NCBI GenBank assembly: GCA_964557125.1
Contig: CAZKYX010000002.1
Span: forward strand, 25,828 to 89,827
DNA from: an uncultured Gammaproteobacteria bacterium
GTDB taxonomy: Bacteria; Patescibacteriota; Microgenomatia; Levybacterales; GWA1-39-11
DNA length: 64,000 bases
Direction: 5' to 3'
Shown in pieces: positions 63,208 to 64,000 of this stretch. The notes beneath the pieces are model-generated. The model saw only the letters and a list, made by a program, of their open reading frames with translations. It did not search any database and was not told the DNA's origin. The first letter of the stretch is position 1. Every line of letters starts with the position of its first letter. The position numbers and the translations under genes were made by a program.

Positions 63208-63585
63208 TTAGATAGTAATAGCTGATAGCTTAAAAACCCCCAAACTCCTCGCTTGCTAACCACTTCAAGAATAATTATTGTTCGAGTGAAATCGAGAACT
63301 AAGAATAAATAATTTTTGGTACGTATCTAGTGCCTCAATCCCTTGAAGATTTGTTAGGTATTCGACTTTTCAATTTAATTTCGAACATAGCTTAGGTTGC
63401 AATTTGTGTCGGGTTTGCGTCCCACTTTTTTCGATAGGATGGCTGTGTTTTTGCTCTAAATTGCCAATAATAATAGGAATTTAATCTTGGTAAAAAAACC
63501 GAAAAAGTGGGACTTGACAAGGTGTGATATTCTTTGCTACTCTGAATATAGATTTGATAGTGATAGTGTTAATTTAAGGCAGAAA

Positions 63586-63795
63586 ATGGCTAATCAAAGC
63601 GTATCAATAGACAACCTTCCTGATCTACTTACTGTAAGAGAAGTAGCAGAATTACTCCGCGTCAGTCCCCTGACAATAAAACGATGGGGAAAGAGAGGAA
63701 AGCTCTCAGCAATCAGAATAAATTCAAGAGGTGATAGACGGTATAAAAAAGAAGCTGTGCTTTATCTCCTAGGTATACAACCGAAAGGGATGTGA
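63586..63795 (+). CDS. Excisionase/MerR-type helix-turn-helix DNA-binding protein
   Basis: LLTVREVAELLRVSPLTIKRWGKRGKLSAIR. The ATG at 63586 is preferred over the ORF-track start. Confidence 0.75.
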   Translation: MANQSVSIDNLPDLLTVREVAELLRVSPLTIKRWGKRGKLSAIRINSRGDRRYKKEAVLYLLGIQPKGM

Positions 63796-63848
63796 ATTTA
63801 ACCTCCGATTTATTAAATTATTAGTTCTTTTTTGCGCGCTTCGCGCTA

Positions 63849-63899
63849 AAGAAGGAAGCAGTTCTTTACTTACTTGGTATTCAGCCTAAGGGCATGTAG
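63849..63899 (+). pseudogene. Orphan duplicate of the last 16 codons plus stop of the HTH gene
   Basis: Encodes KKEAVLYLLGIQPKGM*, identical to the end of 63586-63795. 12 of the 16 sense codons differ, all synonymously. The frame is closed by a stop at 63822-63824. Confidence 0.6.
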
Positions 63900-64000
63900 G
63901 TAAAAATTCCTAATTCTTAACACTTGATACTTTATTCATGATACTTACTTCTAAGCTTCCCATTAATTAACTAATCTGCCAAGCGACTAAGCTCACTAAA

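Overview
This is a low-GC bacterial segment; 60-nt spot counts give about 37% G+C in backbone genes. Gene content resembles Candidate Phyla Radiation/Patescibacteria genomes, but that placement is inference. All family calls rest on motifs read by eye, with no database search. Backbone genes: rho (5' truncated), LysM/M23 peptidase, O-antigen-ligase-like/TPR protein, a type IV pilin-like gene followed by a 1477-aa secreted protein, an LRR protein, a 3603-aa surface protein, leuS, comEA, a two-gene comEC, an orphan receiver, a GAF/PAS histidine kinase, a histidine phosphatase, a PEGA protein, mreB and a WecB/TagA-type transferase. Selfish elements: an IS200/RayT-like Y1 transposase with REP-like hairpins, a GIY-YIG gene nested in GTCAT-capped palindromes, and a four-helix-bundle (23S IVS/Avd-like) gene. 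No rRNA, tRNA or CRISPR array was found. Most notable observations: (1) LeuRS carries an in-frame ~180-aa serine-hydrolase-like insert just before the CP1 editing domain. (2) Five GC-richer blocks of tiny ORFs are built as promoter-leader-genes-hairpin cassettes joined by shared junction repeats. (3) Two cassette operons share a ~275-nt leader with a 29-nt identical core and a covarying hairpin. (4) 7-nt-periodic word arrays fill many intergenic gaps and sit in frame inside leuS and other genes. (5) Two paralogous surface-protein loci resemble Gram-positive WxL/DUF916 clusters. (6) The 3603-aa protein begins with two integrase SAM-like domains.
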